A DNA stretch of 64,000 nucleotides from Alphaproteobacteria bacterium (GTDB lineage: Bacteria; Pseudomonadota; Alphaproteobacteria; UBA1280; UBA6503): the NCBI GenBank assembly GCA_021774615.1, contig JAJFIW010000003.1, positions 7,867 to 71,866 of the forward strand, read 5' to 3'. A program made the translations under genes and the position numbers. Every line of letters starts with the position of its first letter. Within the stretch, counting starts at the first letter, position 1. Below are positions 1 to 8,710 of the stretch, one piece after another. A model generated the notes under the pieces. It did no database searches and was not told the DNA's origin. It saw only the letters and a list, made by a program, of their open reading frames with translations.

Positions 1-412
1 CAAAACGGTAACCGCTACGGGCATTTTTTAGTAGGTAAGGGGCGTTGGTCATGCTTTCCATACCGCCAGCAATAGCATAGTCCATATCGCCAAGTTTTAG
101 CTGGTCGTGGGCTATCATCGTGGCGCGCATGCCCGAGCCACATACTTTGTTAATGGTAGTACAAGTGGTGGCTTTGTCTAGCCCTGCACCAAGAGCAGCT
201 TGCCTTGCGGGTGCTTGCCCTTGCCCTGCGGGCAGCACACAGCCCATAAGTACATCTTGGATTTTGTCAGCATTTAAGCCCGATTTTTTAACAGCATCTT
301 TAATAGCAAAAGCGCCAAGCTCGTGCCCTGCGAAAGAAGAAAGATCGCCCTGCATCCCACCCATTGGTGTACGAGATGCTGCAAGAATTACAATGTCATT
401 TTTAGCGTTCAT
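1..412 (-). CDS. acetyl-CoA C-acetyltransferase (thiolase), N-terminal part; gene runs off the window start
   Basis: Own translation of the minus strand from ATG at 412: [99 protein letters not shown]... This is a typical thiolase N-terminus, including the active-site region NKVCGSG. Not listed in the ORF track because it is truncated at the window edge. Confidence 0.8.
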   Translation of the reverse strand, partial: MNAKNDIVILAASRTPMGGMQGDLSSFAGHELGAFAIKDAVKKSGLNADKIQDVLMGCVLPAGQGQAPARQAALGAGLDKATTCTTINKVCGSGMRATMIAHDQLKLGDMDYAIAGGMESMTNAPYLLKNARSGYRF

Positions 413-504
413 GGGACTTTTTCCTGTTTTATTTTAGCTATATAACGACGGTAGTATATCACCAGTTATCTTGTTGTGGACTATAAAAATATATTGAAGT
501 GCGA

Positions 505-612
505 AGCACCTTCGACATTCCGAGTCGCCGCAAGGCGAGAGGTTGTCGACAGTCTGCGGAACGCAGCACCAAGCATCTGGCTTTGCCAGTGCGCAGGTGG
601 ATTAAAAAATTG
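505..612 (-). repeat. about 100-nt structured repeat, copy A; directly abuts the 3' end and T-run of rnpB
   Basis: Minus strand reads ATTTTTTAATCCACCTGCGCACTGGCAAAGCCAGATGCTTGGTGCTGCGTTCCGCAGACTGTCGACAACCTCTCGCCTTGCGGCGACTCGGAATG... It is about 80% identical to 8605-8705 on the plus strand. The first hairpin shows compensatory changes: CTGGC/GCCAG here versus TAGGC/GCCTA in copy B. Confidence 0.5.
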
Positions 613-958
613 CAGTTCGCCGATAAGCCGGGTTTTGTCGAGAGCTGTCATTCATCTATGGTAAATGTTGCCATTTACCTTTAGCGACCTACCCGAACGC
701 CTCCTACAAGGGGCAGTCAAACAGCGTTCCTATTTGGTCTTGCACCAGATGGGGTTTTGCGTGCCTTGGGCTGTTACCAGCCAAGCGGTGGGCTCTTACC
801 CCGACCTTTTCACCCTTACCTACCAAAGGCAGGCGGTATATTTTCTGTGCCACTTTCCCTAGGGTTACCCCCGCCAGACGTTATCTGGCATCTTCCTTTA
901 TGGTGCCCGGACTTTCCTCGTTTATGTAAACACAAACGCGACAACTTAGCGAACTGCC
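605..958 (-). ncRNA. rnpB: RNase P RNA, bacterial type A
   Basis: Minus-strand reading contains GAGGAAAGTCCGGGCACCATAAAGGAAGATGCCAGATAACGTCTGGCGGGGGTAACC...GGTAAGGGTGAAAAGGTCGGGGTAAGAGCCCACC...GGTAACAGCCCAAGGCACG...ACCCGGCTTATCGGCGAACTGCAA. These are universally conserved RNase P blocks. P1 pairing is GCAGTTCGC (5', ~957) with GCGAACTGC (3', ~620-612). Ends are approximate to about 5 nt. Confidence 0.85.
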
Positions 959-1025
959 CTTTTTTATTAGCATATTAATAAAACAAGTACTGCAAAAAAA
1001 TGTGGTTTAGTTTAAACTAAAGGGT

Positions 1026-1739
1026 ATGGGACAAGAAAATACACAACAAGTAGAACTACCAGACTATATCCTACGCCGCACCGACCGCAGGCGTAGTGTC
1101 GCCATTTTGGTGTTGGCCGATGGCAGCCTAGAGGTACGTGCGCCACAACGAGTTAGCCAACGTTTTATCGAGGAATTTATCGTAGAGCGGATGGACTGGA
1201 TCGAGCGCAAAAAAAACGAGCGCAAAAAACGCCCCCAAACAGCTGCCCGCACATGGCAAACTGGCGATATATTTTATTTAACAGGGCAACCCTACCAGCT
1301 AATAGTTAAACCTAGTAGCCGTGTGTCGGTAGAGGTTAGCGACGGTGCTTTGGTTCTTTACCAAACCGACCCTACCAACACCGAACGAGTACGCCATAAC
1401 CTAATGCAATGGTACAAAGAACAAGCCGAGCAAGAATTTAAACCTCGCCTTGCAAGGTTTGCCAACGGCATGGAAGAGAAAATCCCCGAGCTTATCATCA
1501 GCAATGCTAAGCAACGCTGGGGGAGCTGTCAGGCTAAAAAACGGATTATCCGTTTGTCGGTACGGCTGTTGATGGCATCAAAAGAAGTGCAAGACTACGT
1601 AATTATCCACGAGCTAGCCCACCTAAAGCATATGGACCACTCGTCCGACTTTTGGGGCAGGGTCGCCCAGTTCTGCAAAAACTGGAAACAGCTAGAAGAA
1701 ACCCTAGGCCACCATGCGCAGTTGTGGCGGTTTGATTAA
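1026..1739 (+). CDS. YgjP-like (DUF45) / M48-family metal-dependent hydrolase
   Basis: 237-aa ORF with a C-terminal HELAHLKHMDHS (HExxH zinc motif) typical of the DUF45/SprT-like family. An RBS-like GGGTATGGG lies upstream. Confidence 0.7.
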   Translation: MGQENTQQVELPDYILRRTDRRRSVAILVLADGSLEVRAPQRVSQRFIEEFIVERMDWIERKKNERKKRPQTAARTWQTGDIFYLTGQPYQLIVKPSSRVSVEVSDGALVLYQTDPTNTERVRHNLMQWYKEQAEQEFKPRLARFANGMEEKIPELIISNAKQRWGSCQAKKRIIRLSVRLLMASKEVQDYVIIHELAHLKHMDHSSDFWGRVAQFCKNWKQLEETLGHHAQLWRFD

Positions 1740-3169
1740 TTAACTGCTGTTGCTAATTTTTTCGAGCTTCCCGCAAGCATACTTACACCATAAAAAACAA
1801 CCAGCCCCAACAACAAAGCAGGGATTGGTGAGCCAAAGTTATATGGTATCTCGAAAAGATTAAACTCGTGCGCTAGTTGGAACGAGAAGCCTGTTAACAT
1901 CCCAGAAATTGCGCCAGATGTGGTTGCTTTGTCCCAATACAGTGGGCCAATCAGAGGAATAAGCAGTAGTGTTGCAAGACCAACTCCTTTACTTGCTAAC
2001 ATAATAATTGGGCCTTGGCTTTCAGGGAGTAGAGCAAGAACTGTAATAACAGCTACCAACACAATTACTAAATAACGCCCTAAGAGCTTACCTTTATGGG
2101 GGTTAAGTTTATTTGTCATGGCAGGGCGGATGATATCGCGGGTAAATACCGACGAAACCGTTAAAAGTTGTGAATCTGTAGTAGACATCCCTGCTGCAAA
2201 AGTTGTTAAGACTAATAATGGTACTGCCCATGGTAAGTAGGTTGCAAATAGGGTTGGTACAAGCTTGTCCGAGTCCTCTAACCCTGTAACAAAGCCAATG
2301 CTTAATACCCCAATAATAACAGTCGCAACTGCAATTATAGAAACAATAAAAGCTTGGTAATAGATCGATTGGGCAAAGTCTTTTGCAGTTTTTGCCATAT
2401 AGGTGCGTTGCCACATATGGGGTAGTAGCAAAAAGCCTAAAATCCAAGAAAAACCAATAGTTATCGGAAAGCCCATGTTTTGGCTATCCATAACAAATAA
2501 GTCTGGTCGTGCTGCAACCGAGTTTTGTAACCCTGTTATTAGCCCGCCTGATGCATAAATGGCAATCCCTGCAGAAATAATAACAACAGCTAAAAATAAA
2601 GCACCTTGGATCCAGTCGGTTAAAATGATGGCGCGCATCCCGCCCAAAAAAACATAAAATGCAGCAACAGCTCCTGCTGTGATTACTGCCATTTCATAGG
2701 AGATAATACTATTGGTAGCACCCTCAACAACTTTACCAATAGCAATAACTTGGATAAGCACATAAGGCACTAAAGATACTATCGAGATAATTGCTACCAT
2801 ATAGCCAATTGGCTTATTTTTATAAAAATCTACCAGAAGTTCCGCAGGGGTAATGTAGTTGTTCTGACTCGAGATAAGCCATAATTTGCGCCCAATAAAC
2901 CATAAAAGAAAGAGCCCAGCTAAAGTAAAGAAAATAACCCCAAAACCCCAAGCAACACCTTTAGAATAGTAAAACCCTGGCGACCCTAAAAAGGCAAATG
3001 TGCTAAACCATGTAGCAAAAGTTGTTACAGCAAGGTGCTTAGAAGAAAGCGTTCTGCTTGCTAAAAAATAGTCGGTAACAGTATCTAAACTGCTTTTATT
3101 AGCACGAAAACCTAGGTAAACGATTAATAATATATAAGCTACTATCGTTGCGATGACTGCTGTAATCAT
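1736..3169 (-). CDS. sodium:solute symporter (SSS) family transporter
   Basis: 477-aa polytopic membrane protein with about 12-13 predicted helices and the SSS-family pattern. The DUF4212-like small subunit lies immediately upstream. Confidence 0.8.
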   Translation of the reverse strand: MITAVIATIVAYILLIVYLGFRANKSSLDTVTDYFLASRTLSSKHLAVTTFATWFSTFAFLGSPGFYYSKGVAWGFGVIFFTLAGLFLLWFIGRKLWLISSQNNYITPAELLVDFYKNKPIGYMVAIISIVSLVPYVLIQVIAIGKVVEGATNSIISYEMAVITAGAVAAFYVFLGGMRAIILTDWIQGALFLAVVIISAGIAIYASGGLITGLQNSVAARPDLFVMDSQNMGFPITIGFSWILGFLLLPHMWQRTYMAKTAKDFAQSIYYQAFIVSIIAVATVIIGVLSIGFVTGLEDSDKLVPTLFATYLPWAVPLLVLTTFAAGMSTTDSQLLTVSSVFTRDIIRPAMTNKLNPHKGKLLGRYLVIVLVAVITVLALLPESQGPIIMLASKGVGLATLLLIPLIGPLYWDKATTSGAISGMLTGFSFQLAHEFNLFEIPYNFGSPIPALLLGLVVFYGVSMLAGSSKKLATAVN

Positions 3170-3174
3170 GTTTC

Positions 3175-3456
3175 TTACCTTATAGAACTATTAGAGTTGT
3201 CTTGTGCATCGAACTTTTCTGCCCATGGTTTAAAAAGTATTTTATGAGCATAAACAGCAAGAGCCAGAAAAGAAAAAATAAAGCCAAAAATTAAATAAAT
3301 GGTTAGAGGTATTCCTGCAATTTCTTGCCCCTCTGCACCTAAAACACCAACCATTGTTAGTACCATTACAGCAACATATAGTGCAAAATAATAGGCGACC
3401 TTTTTGTTGTTGCAAGCTAGTTCTTTGTCTTGTGATAAAATTTGATCTTTAATCAT
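3175..3456 (-). CDS. small two-helix membrane protein, DUF4212-like SSS-transporter accessory subunit
   Basis: 93 aa with two hydrophobic helices, translationally coupled to the SSS gene (6-nt gap). This pairing is typical of DUF4212 with an SSS permease. Confidence 0.5.
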   Translation of the reverse strand: MIKDQILSQDKELACNNKKVAYYFALYVAVMVLTMVGVLGAEGQEIAGIPLTIYLIFGFIFSFLALAVYAHKILFKPWAEKFDAQDNSNSSIR

Positions 3457-3642
3457 GATTAGCCCTAATTTGGTCGTGATATATGATATTTCGAGCTTAA
3501 TATAGACTATATTATTGTTTTCTCAAGGTATAAATAATGCTGCTGTATTAGTTAAAATTTGCTTTGCATCTGAACCCATCCTTGGATACACTCGGAAATT
3601 GTAATAGTAGATAACGCAATGTTCCGAGACCGACAATAATAA

Positions 3643-4071
3643 ATGATTTATAAACTCCGCTTAGTGTTTGACTATCCTCTTGCATTACAAGAGGTTTCTC
3701 GTTGGTCTAAGCTACGGTTAGTGATGGTGCACCATTTGCTGGCAGTTGGGTTTTTTTTGCACCCATATACTTTAGCTGCAACAGCTTTGTTGGCATCATT
3801 CTTGCTTGTATTTGAGAGTATAAAAGCCGAACCATACACAGCAGACAATATTCGTTTTGGTTGGCAACGTATTATACTGGCTATGGCCGTAAATTTTGCT
3901 TTTATGGGGCTACAAGCTAGTGGCGCTGCTGAAGTTTCGCACTGGTGGTGGGTATCTTTAGTGGGTATTACAGTTAGCTTGTACGATGGTTATTTAGTAT
4001 GGCATGGGATAACAGGTATTTTTTATATAAACATAAAGCGGAAGAAGGCTTATGTCGGCACGACTGATTAA
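3643..4071 (+). CDS. hypothetical integral membrane protein
   Basis: 142-aa ORF with three to four hydrophobic helices, overlapping the start of the downstream EAL gene by 20 nt. No recognisable motif. Confidence 0.35.
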   Translation: MIYKLRLVFDYPLALQEVSRWSKLRLVMVHHLLAVGFFLHPYTLAATALLASFLLVFESIKAEPYTADNIRFGWQRIILAMAVNFAFMGLQASGAAEVSHWWWVSLVGITVSLYDGYLVWHGITGIFYINIKRKKAYVGTTD

Positions 4072-6082
4072 TTTATTCTGGCTTGTTGTGCTTCTTGCAG
4101 GGGCATTGGTAGCTGGCGGTTGGCTGGCCGAAAAACTTATCCACCTTGAAGACAGGAATACAGACTACTGGCAATCACAGCTACAAGAAGCTAGTAAAGA
4201 GCAATCTAGTGTTATTAATAAATGGTTGGTAGACCAAATTAATATCTCTAAAGAAATTGCCAAAGACGATAGAATTTATAATTTCCTCAAAAAAGCTAAT
4301 GATAGCGGGATGCTACCCCCTAAGGCTGAAGCAGTACGAGCTATACATGAATATGCAAAGCTAAAATATGGCCTTAACCATACATATTTATTTTCTAAAG
4401 ACGGTAGGCTGCTTTTATTCCAAGAAAATGCTAGAGAACTACCGTTAAAAATCAGAAAAACTCTAGCGGCTGCATACCAAACAAACTTGGATAGGTATTC
4501 ATTTATTTCCTTGGTTGATCATAAGAAGTGGTTGTTTGTTTCGTCTCGAGTTAAGCAAGACAATAAAAACCTTGGCTATGTAGTCTATATGATCGAGGTT
4601 AGCGCCGCTGCTAATATTCTAAAAGATAGCTCTTTTCGTTGGAGATATGTTGATTTTAACCTCGCACGCCGCAATGGCGATGATGGTGTTTTTATTATTA
4701 ATTGGGGTGAAAATAAAACTAGTGCCTTTTTATATAAATTATCCCAGATAGAAATACCTCTGTTTAATGGTAAAGCTGAAGAATTTGGTCTTTATAAATT
4801 ACCAAATGGCCAGGAACGGTTTATGTTTACCTCGATTATACCAGAATTTCCATTTTGGCAGCATGTTGGCTCTGTCCAGCTTGATGTTGCATATGAGCAA
4901 GTAAACAAAACACGTAATTTTTATTTGCTTAGTGCAGCTGTAGTTTTATTGTTCTTACTTACATTAGTAGCAAGGATTATGGGGCGGATTATCAACCCTG
5001 TAGCGCCTTTATTCCCTAGTTATATAACTAAAATTACTGGGAACAAAACCAAGCATACACCAGCCCCACAAAAGCAACCACAGAGTATGAAACCACAAGA
5101 ATTATTCAAAAAAATACGTGTTGCATTTACTGGTAGTAAGTCTCGGACTCTTTCAGAAGAAGAAAAAGAACTAATAAAGAAAAGAAACCAGCCACCGCAA
5201 CAAGAGCCTGCTACTAAAACAAAGCCAGCTGCTAAAGTTGAACCGGTACAAATTGCTAAAGAAGAACCAGCAGTAGCTACAAAGGTAGAAGAGCCTATAA
5301 TTGCACAGACCGAAGAAGAAAAAGCAGAAGCTGCCGAAAGAGAACAAATAAAACAAATCCATAGATGTATCGAAAATGAGCGTTTCCGTCTTTACTTCCA
5401 ATCCATTCTTGAAACAAAGAACAAGAAAAAGGTAATGTTCGAAACCTTATTGCGCTTGGTTTCAGATAATGGTGATTTGATGCAACCTAACGAATTCATC
5501 CCCTTGGCATTTAAACACAATTTTATTGACCAAATTGACGACATGGTAATTATTGCCTCATTAAGAAGGCATATGGAAATATTGTCTCAGGGTAAAGATA
5601 TTATGCTTAGCATAAACTTGTCTTATGGCGCATTTAGTAGCGTAAACTTTAAAAATACTTTTAAAGAAGGGCTCGATAGCGGGAAAATTCGTCCTGATTT
5701 AATTAACTTCGAGCTAAGCTCTAAAGAAATAATAGAAGATGATGCCGCCATGGGTTTTGTAAGAGACATGCAAGCAAAAGGGGCTAGGTTCTCTGTGGAT
5801 TATTTTGGTAATAATAAGCAAACAGTAGAAGCGGCCAAAAAACTAAAGTTTAATTACATGAAAATTAATGCTCTTAGGTTTGATGGCCTAGACCGAGGCT
5901 TGCCCGAGCAAATAGAGAAATTTCAGGAGATTATCCTTGCAGGCCAAGAAAACAGCCTACCAATGATAGTAGAAAAAATAGAAAATAAAGCAGTGCTAGA
6001 TTTGTGCGAGAAGCTTAAAGTACCTTATGTGCAAGGTTTCTATTTAGACGAACCATCACCTAAATTAACGCTAGGTTGGTAA
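4052..6082 (+). CDS. membrane-anchored EAL-domain protein with partly degenerate motifs: two TM helices, a periplasmic domain, a K/E/P/A-rich linker and an EAL domain
   Basis: An N-terminal TM helix, a periplasmic domain of about 260 aa, a second TM helix, a low-complexity linker (about residues 330-450) and a C-terminal EAL fold. EAL-domain motifs are altered: YQPI is YFQSI here, EALLR is ETLLR, DDFGTGYSS is DYFGNN (second Asp lost), and the Glu of EGVE and the QG are retained. Confidence 0.75.
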   Translation: MSARLINLFWLVVLLAGALVAGGWLAEKLIHLEDRNTDYWQSQLQEASKEQSSVINKWLVDQINISKEIAKDDRIYNFLKKANDSGMLPPKAEAVRAIHEYAKLKYGLNHTYLFSKDGRLLLFQENARELPLKIRKTLAAAYQTNLDRYSFISLVDHKKWLFVSSRVKQDNKNLGYVVYMIEVSAAANILKDSSFRWRYVDFNLARRNGDDGVFIINWGENKTSAFLYKLSQIEIPLFNGKAEEFGLYKLPNGQERFMFTSIIPEFPFWQHVGSVQLDVAYEQVNKTRNFYLLSAAVVLLFLLTLVARIMGRIINPVAPLFPSYITKITGNKTKHTPAPQKQPQSMKPQELFKKIRVAFTGSKSRTLSEEEKELIKKRNQPPQQEPATKTKPAAKVEPVQIAKEEPAVATKVEEPIIAQTEEEKAEAAEREQIKQIHRCIENERFRLYFQSILETKNKKKVMFETLLRLVSDNGDLMQPNEFIPLAFKHNFIDQIDDMVIIASLRRHMEILSQGKDIMLSINLSYGAFSSVNFKNTFKEGLDSGKIRPDLINFELSSKEIIEDDAAMGFVRDMQAKGARFSVDYFGNNKQTVEAAKKLKFNYMKINALRFDGLDRGLPEQIEKFQEIILAGQENSLPMIVEKIENKAVLDLCEKLKVPYVQGFYLDEPSPKLTLGW

Positions 6083-6170
6083 AACTTAATAAATGTTGTA
6101 GAATATCTGTGTATAGCTGTTCCTTTAGGCGGAACTTGGCGACAACTTAAGATAAGGAAAGAGATTTTCT

Positions 6171-6440
6171 ATGGCAGAAGGTAAAAACACAGACGCTTCT
6201 AGTAAGGGCTCAGGGGTAAAGTCGCGCCGTAAAACACCACCAAAGTCTGACGCAGAGCTATACCAGCTGCCTGAATCTATTTTTACTAAATTTATCCGAG
6301 CCGAGCGCCGCCAAGACGAGCGAGAGCGCCTCGAAGACATCCAAGAGCAAAAGAAAGACTGGCAAAAAACACTAACTTTCTATGCTGTTGTTATGGTTCT
6401 GCTAGTTCTTTTGTCTATGTGGGGTCTTGTATGGAAGTGA
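6171..6440 (+). CDS. small tail-anchored protein, paralog 1
   Basis: 89 aa with a basic N-terminus, conserved ELYQLPES..FIRAERRQDE..R.....QEQK..W block and a single C-terminal TM helix. Paralogous to the next ORF; a GGAAAGAG RBS lies upstream. Confidence 0.5.
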   Translation: MAEGKNTDASSKGSGVKSRRKTPPKSDAELYQLPESIFTKFIRAERRQDERERLEDIQEQKKDWQKTLTFYAVVMVLLVLLSMWGLVWK

Positions 6441-6451
6441 GAATTTCTTAG

Positions 6452-6697
6452 ATGACAAAAAATAAAAAAACGACAAGCGCACGTCGTAAGTCTGGTACAA
6501 AGTCAGAGGCTGAGCTATACAAACTACCTAAATCCACCGTTGACGAATTCATCAAATCCGAACGCCGCCACGACGAACTAGACCGCATGCGCGAAGTCCA
6601 AGAGCAGAAACAGACTTGGCGTAGGACTATGTTTTTATGTGGACTTTTAAATCTTATTTTCCTGATATTAGCATACATTGGGTGGATGAATGGTTGA
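6452..6697 (+). CDS. small tail-anchored protein, paralog 2
   Basis: 81 aa sharing the ELYKLPKS..FIKSERRHDE..R.....QEQK..W block and C-terminal TM helix with 6171-6440. Stop overlaps the start of the GGDEF gene. Confidence 0.5.
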   Translation: MTKNKKTTSARRKSGTKSEAELYKLPKSTVDEFIKSERRHDELDRMREVQEQKQTWRRTMFLCGLLNLIFLILAYIGWMNG

Positions 6698-8366
6698 ACC
6701 ACGTAAACACTATATTGGCTGGGCACAGGCATTCTTTAGTGTGATGGTGTTATGGGGTATAAGTAATGTATTTATGAGTTACTCCACTCAAGTTCTAGAA
6801 GTCCATAAAATTATTTTTGCCTGTACAACTTTCACAAGTTGTTCTTTTTGTCTTCTTTTCTATGCAGGTAGCGGTAAGCTCTCTAAGGAAACCCTTCGTA
6901 GTATAGACACTTGGGCTTATGGCATAATTATGCTTATAAATTACTTTATTACACTTAATTTATTTAGTGTTGTTACAGCTACAGAAGCGAGTCTTTTACA
7001 AAGGTTTAGTGTTATTTTTAGCTTATTTAGTAGCTGGGTATTTCTTATGCGTAAGCCCAATAAATGGCAGCTGATTGGAGTCTTTGCAATTGCAATTGGT
7101 TTGCTTGTTATTTGCGATGCAATACCAGAAGAAAAAGCAATGACAGTTTATATTCTAATGTTCTTGGCAGGGGTATTTCAATCACTTCGCTTATTTGTTG
7201 CAGAATTTCATCGTCCTCATCAAAAAGCTGTAGAGACGAATGATATAAAATCGAGATGTCGTGTCATCGGATATATAATGTTTGTAATTACCTTAATTTT
7301 TGTGGGCATTACAGCAGGAGTAGCTTTTTTACAGTCCTCTGTTGTACCAGAGAATCGAATTCTGTTTCTTATCCAACCAGAAAATTTCTTTCACATGCCA
7401 AGTATTATAGCAGGTATGGTTATGGGAATATTTATTTACACACCTATTCGCTATCTTGAATTTGCGAGTACACATATAATTAAAACAGAGAACTATCTTA
7501 CTATTACATCTTTCTCATTCTTCTCTACACTCTTTTGGGAGTGGGCTACAATGCCCTTAACAGGTTTATCCTTAAAAGAGTTGTCTAATACGGATATCAT
7601 AGCTGGTGTCATAATTACAGCTGGGGCTCTGATTATGGCTCTAAGTAAGCTTAGGGAAATCAAGAAAGAGGATAATAGCTTTGGTAGCTATATCTACCTA
7701 GAAACCCAAAACCTCACAGCCGTAGACGACAGCCGAGAAATAACGGCGAATACACTGGAGCATTTCGGGGGTGATGTTGTAAAGGCAGCAGGGGCGTTGG
7801 ACGTACCACCTAGTGTTATTACTGCATTTTTAGACGATAAGGAAAAGGTACTAGCCTTTAAAAACCTGCCCGATATTGCCCGTATTTACCGCCATAAAGT
7901 AGCAGGTTGTGACGCTCTGACAGGGTTAATAAACCGAGCAGGGTTTATGATTACCCTGCGCAATGCGCCTGCAGAATTTAAAATTTTTAGTATTTTGTAC
8001 CTAGACCTAGATAAATTTAAACCCGTTAACGATACCCACGGCCACGATGCTGGTGACGAAGTTTTAAAAGCTGTCGCCAACCGTCTAGAAGAAGCATGCC
8101 CGACAGATGCGATTATAACTAGGATGGGAGGTGATGAATATTGCATAATACTCCCTAATTCTGACAAGAAAATGGCTGATAGTAAAGCAAACTATTTGCA
8201 ACAAGTCATAGCTAAACCATTCAAAATCAGAGGTATTGCAGAGAAAATAGAGATTGGCGCCTCAATTGGCATTGCAACCTACCCTAAAGACGGCAAAAAC
8301 GTAGAAAAACTCCTCACAATAGCTGATGGCAGCATGTACGGGGTTAAACATTTAAAAGATAATTAA
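6690..8366 (+). CDS. integral-membrane diguanylate cyclase (GGDEF domain, GGDEY variant)
   Basis: About 8 N-terminal TM helices followed by a C-terminal GGDEF fold: LDLDKFKPVNDTHGHDAGDEVL ... RMGGDEYCIIL. No RxxD I-site upstream of the GGDEY motif. Confidence 0.8.
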   Translation: MVEPRKHYIGWAQAFFSVMVLWGISNVFMSYSTQVLEVHKIIFACTTFTSCSFCLLFYAGSGKLSKETLRSIDTWAYGIIMLINYFITLNLFSVVTATEASLLQRFSVIFSLFSSWVFLMRKPNKWQLIGVFAIAIGLLVICDAIPEEKAMTVYILMFLAGVFQSLRLFVAEFHRPHQKAVETNDIKSRCRVIGYIMFVITLIFVGITAGVAFLQSSVVPENRILFLIQPENFFHMPSIIAGMVMGIFIYTPIRYLEFASTHIIKTENYLTITSFSFFSTLFWEWATMPLTGLSLKELSNTDIIAGVIITAGALIMALSKLREIKKEDNSFGSYIYLETQNLTAVDDSREITANTLEHFGGDVVKAAGALDVPPSVITAFLDDKEKVLAFKNLPDIARIYRHKVAGCDALTGLINRAGFMITLRNAPAEFKIFSILYLDLDKFKPVNDTHGHDAGDEVLKAVANRLEEACPTDAIITRMGGDEYCIILPNSDKKMADSKANYLQQVIAKPFKIRGIAEKIEIGASIGIATYPKDGKNVEKLLTIADGSMYGVKHLKDN

Positions 8367-8505
8367 GTGCAAAGTTAAACTACTATAACGTAACGTTACA
8401 TCTTTTAACAAAATGTTATAACAATTCGTTGTATTATAAAAATTGCCATAAAATACAACTACCCTAACCTATTGTTTTTATTTATAAAAACTAACTGGTA
8501 AAAGT

Positions 8506-8521
8506 TGGCACTATGCTTGCA
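8506..8521 (+). promoter_or_regulatory. sigma54 (-24/-12) promoter TGGCAC-N5-TTGCA
   Basis: TTGGCACTATGCTTGCA is an exact match to the RpoN consensus GG-N10-GC spacing. No ORF follows; a Rho-independent terminator lies about 65 nt downstream. Confidence 0.45.
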
Positions 8522-8584
8522 CCTATACTAACTATGTGACCTTGCTATTATTTTAGTGAAGTACCCGACACACACAAAACTTTT

Positions 8585-8612
8585 GAGCCGCAATTAGCGG
8601 CTCTTTTTTTTG
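8585..8612 (+). terminator. Rho-independent terminator
   Basis: GAGCCGCAATTAGCGGCTC stem-loop followed by TTTTTTTT. Confidence 0.7.
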
Positions 8613-8705
8613 GTTTTTAATCCACCTGCGGTTAGGCAAAAGCCTAACTCTTGGTGCTGCGTTGGGCAGACTGTCGACAACCTCTCGTCTAGCGGCGACT
8701 CGGGA
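8605..8705 (+). repeat. about 100-nt structured repeat, copy B; directly follows the terminator T-run
   Basis: TTTTTAATCCACCTGCGGTTAGGCAAAAGCCTAACTCTTGGTGCTGCGTTGGGCAGACTGTCGACAACCTCTCGTCTAGCGGCGACTCGGGATG. Inverted relative to copy A at 505-612. Confidence 0.5.
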
Positions 8706-8710
8706 TGTCT

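Noticed and set aside
120-978. Plus-strand ORFs 120..437, 476..664, 499..684, 665..862 and 757..978 in the track
   Set aside because: They lie antisense to the thiolase gene or inside the RNase P RNA and repeat element. The translations are low-complexity with no motifs, so they are shadow ORFs.
505-8705. Interpretation of the inverted repeat pair as terminal inverted repeats of a composite transposon
   Set aside because: There is no transposase, integrase or target-site duplication. The copies have diverged by about 20% with compensatory stem changes, and the enclosed block contains rnpB (core). A structured repeat family or an ancient event is more plausible, so it is kept as a finding rather than called a mobile element.
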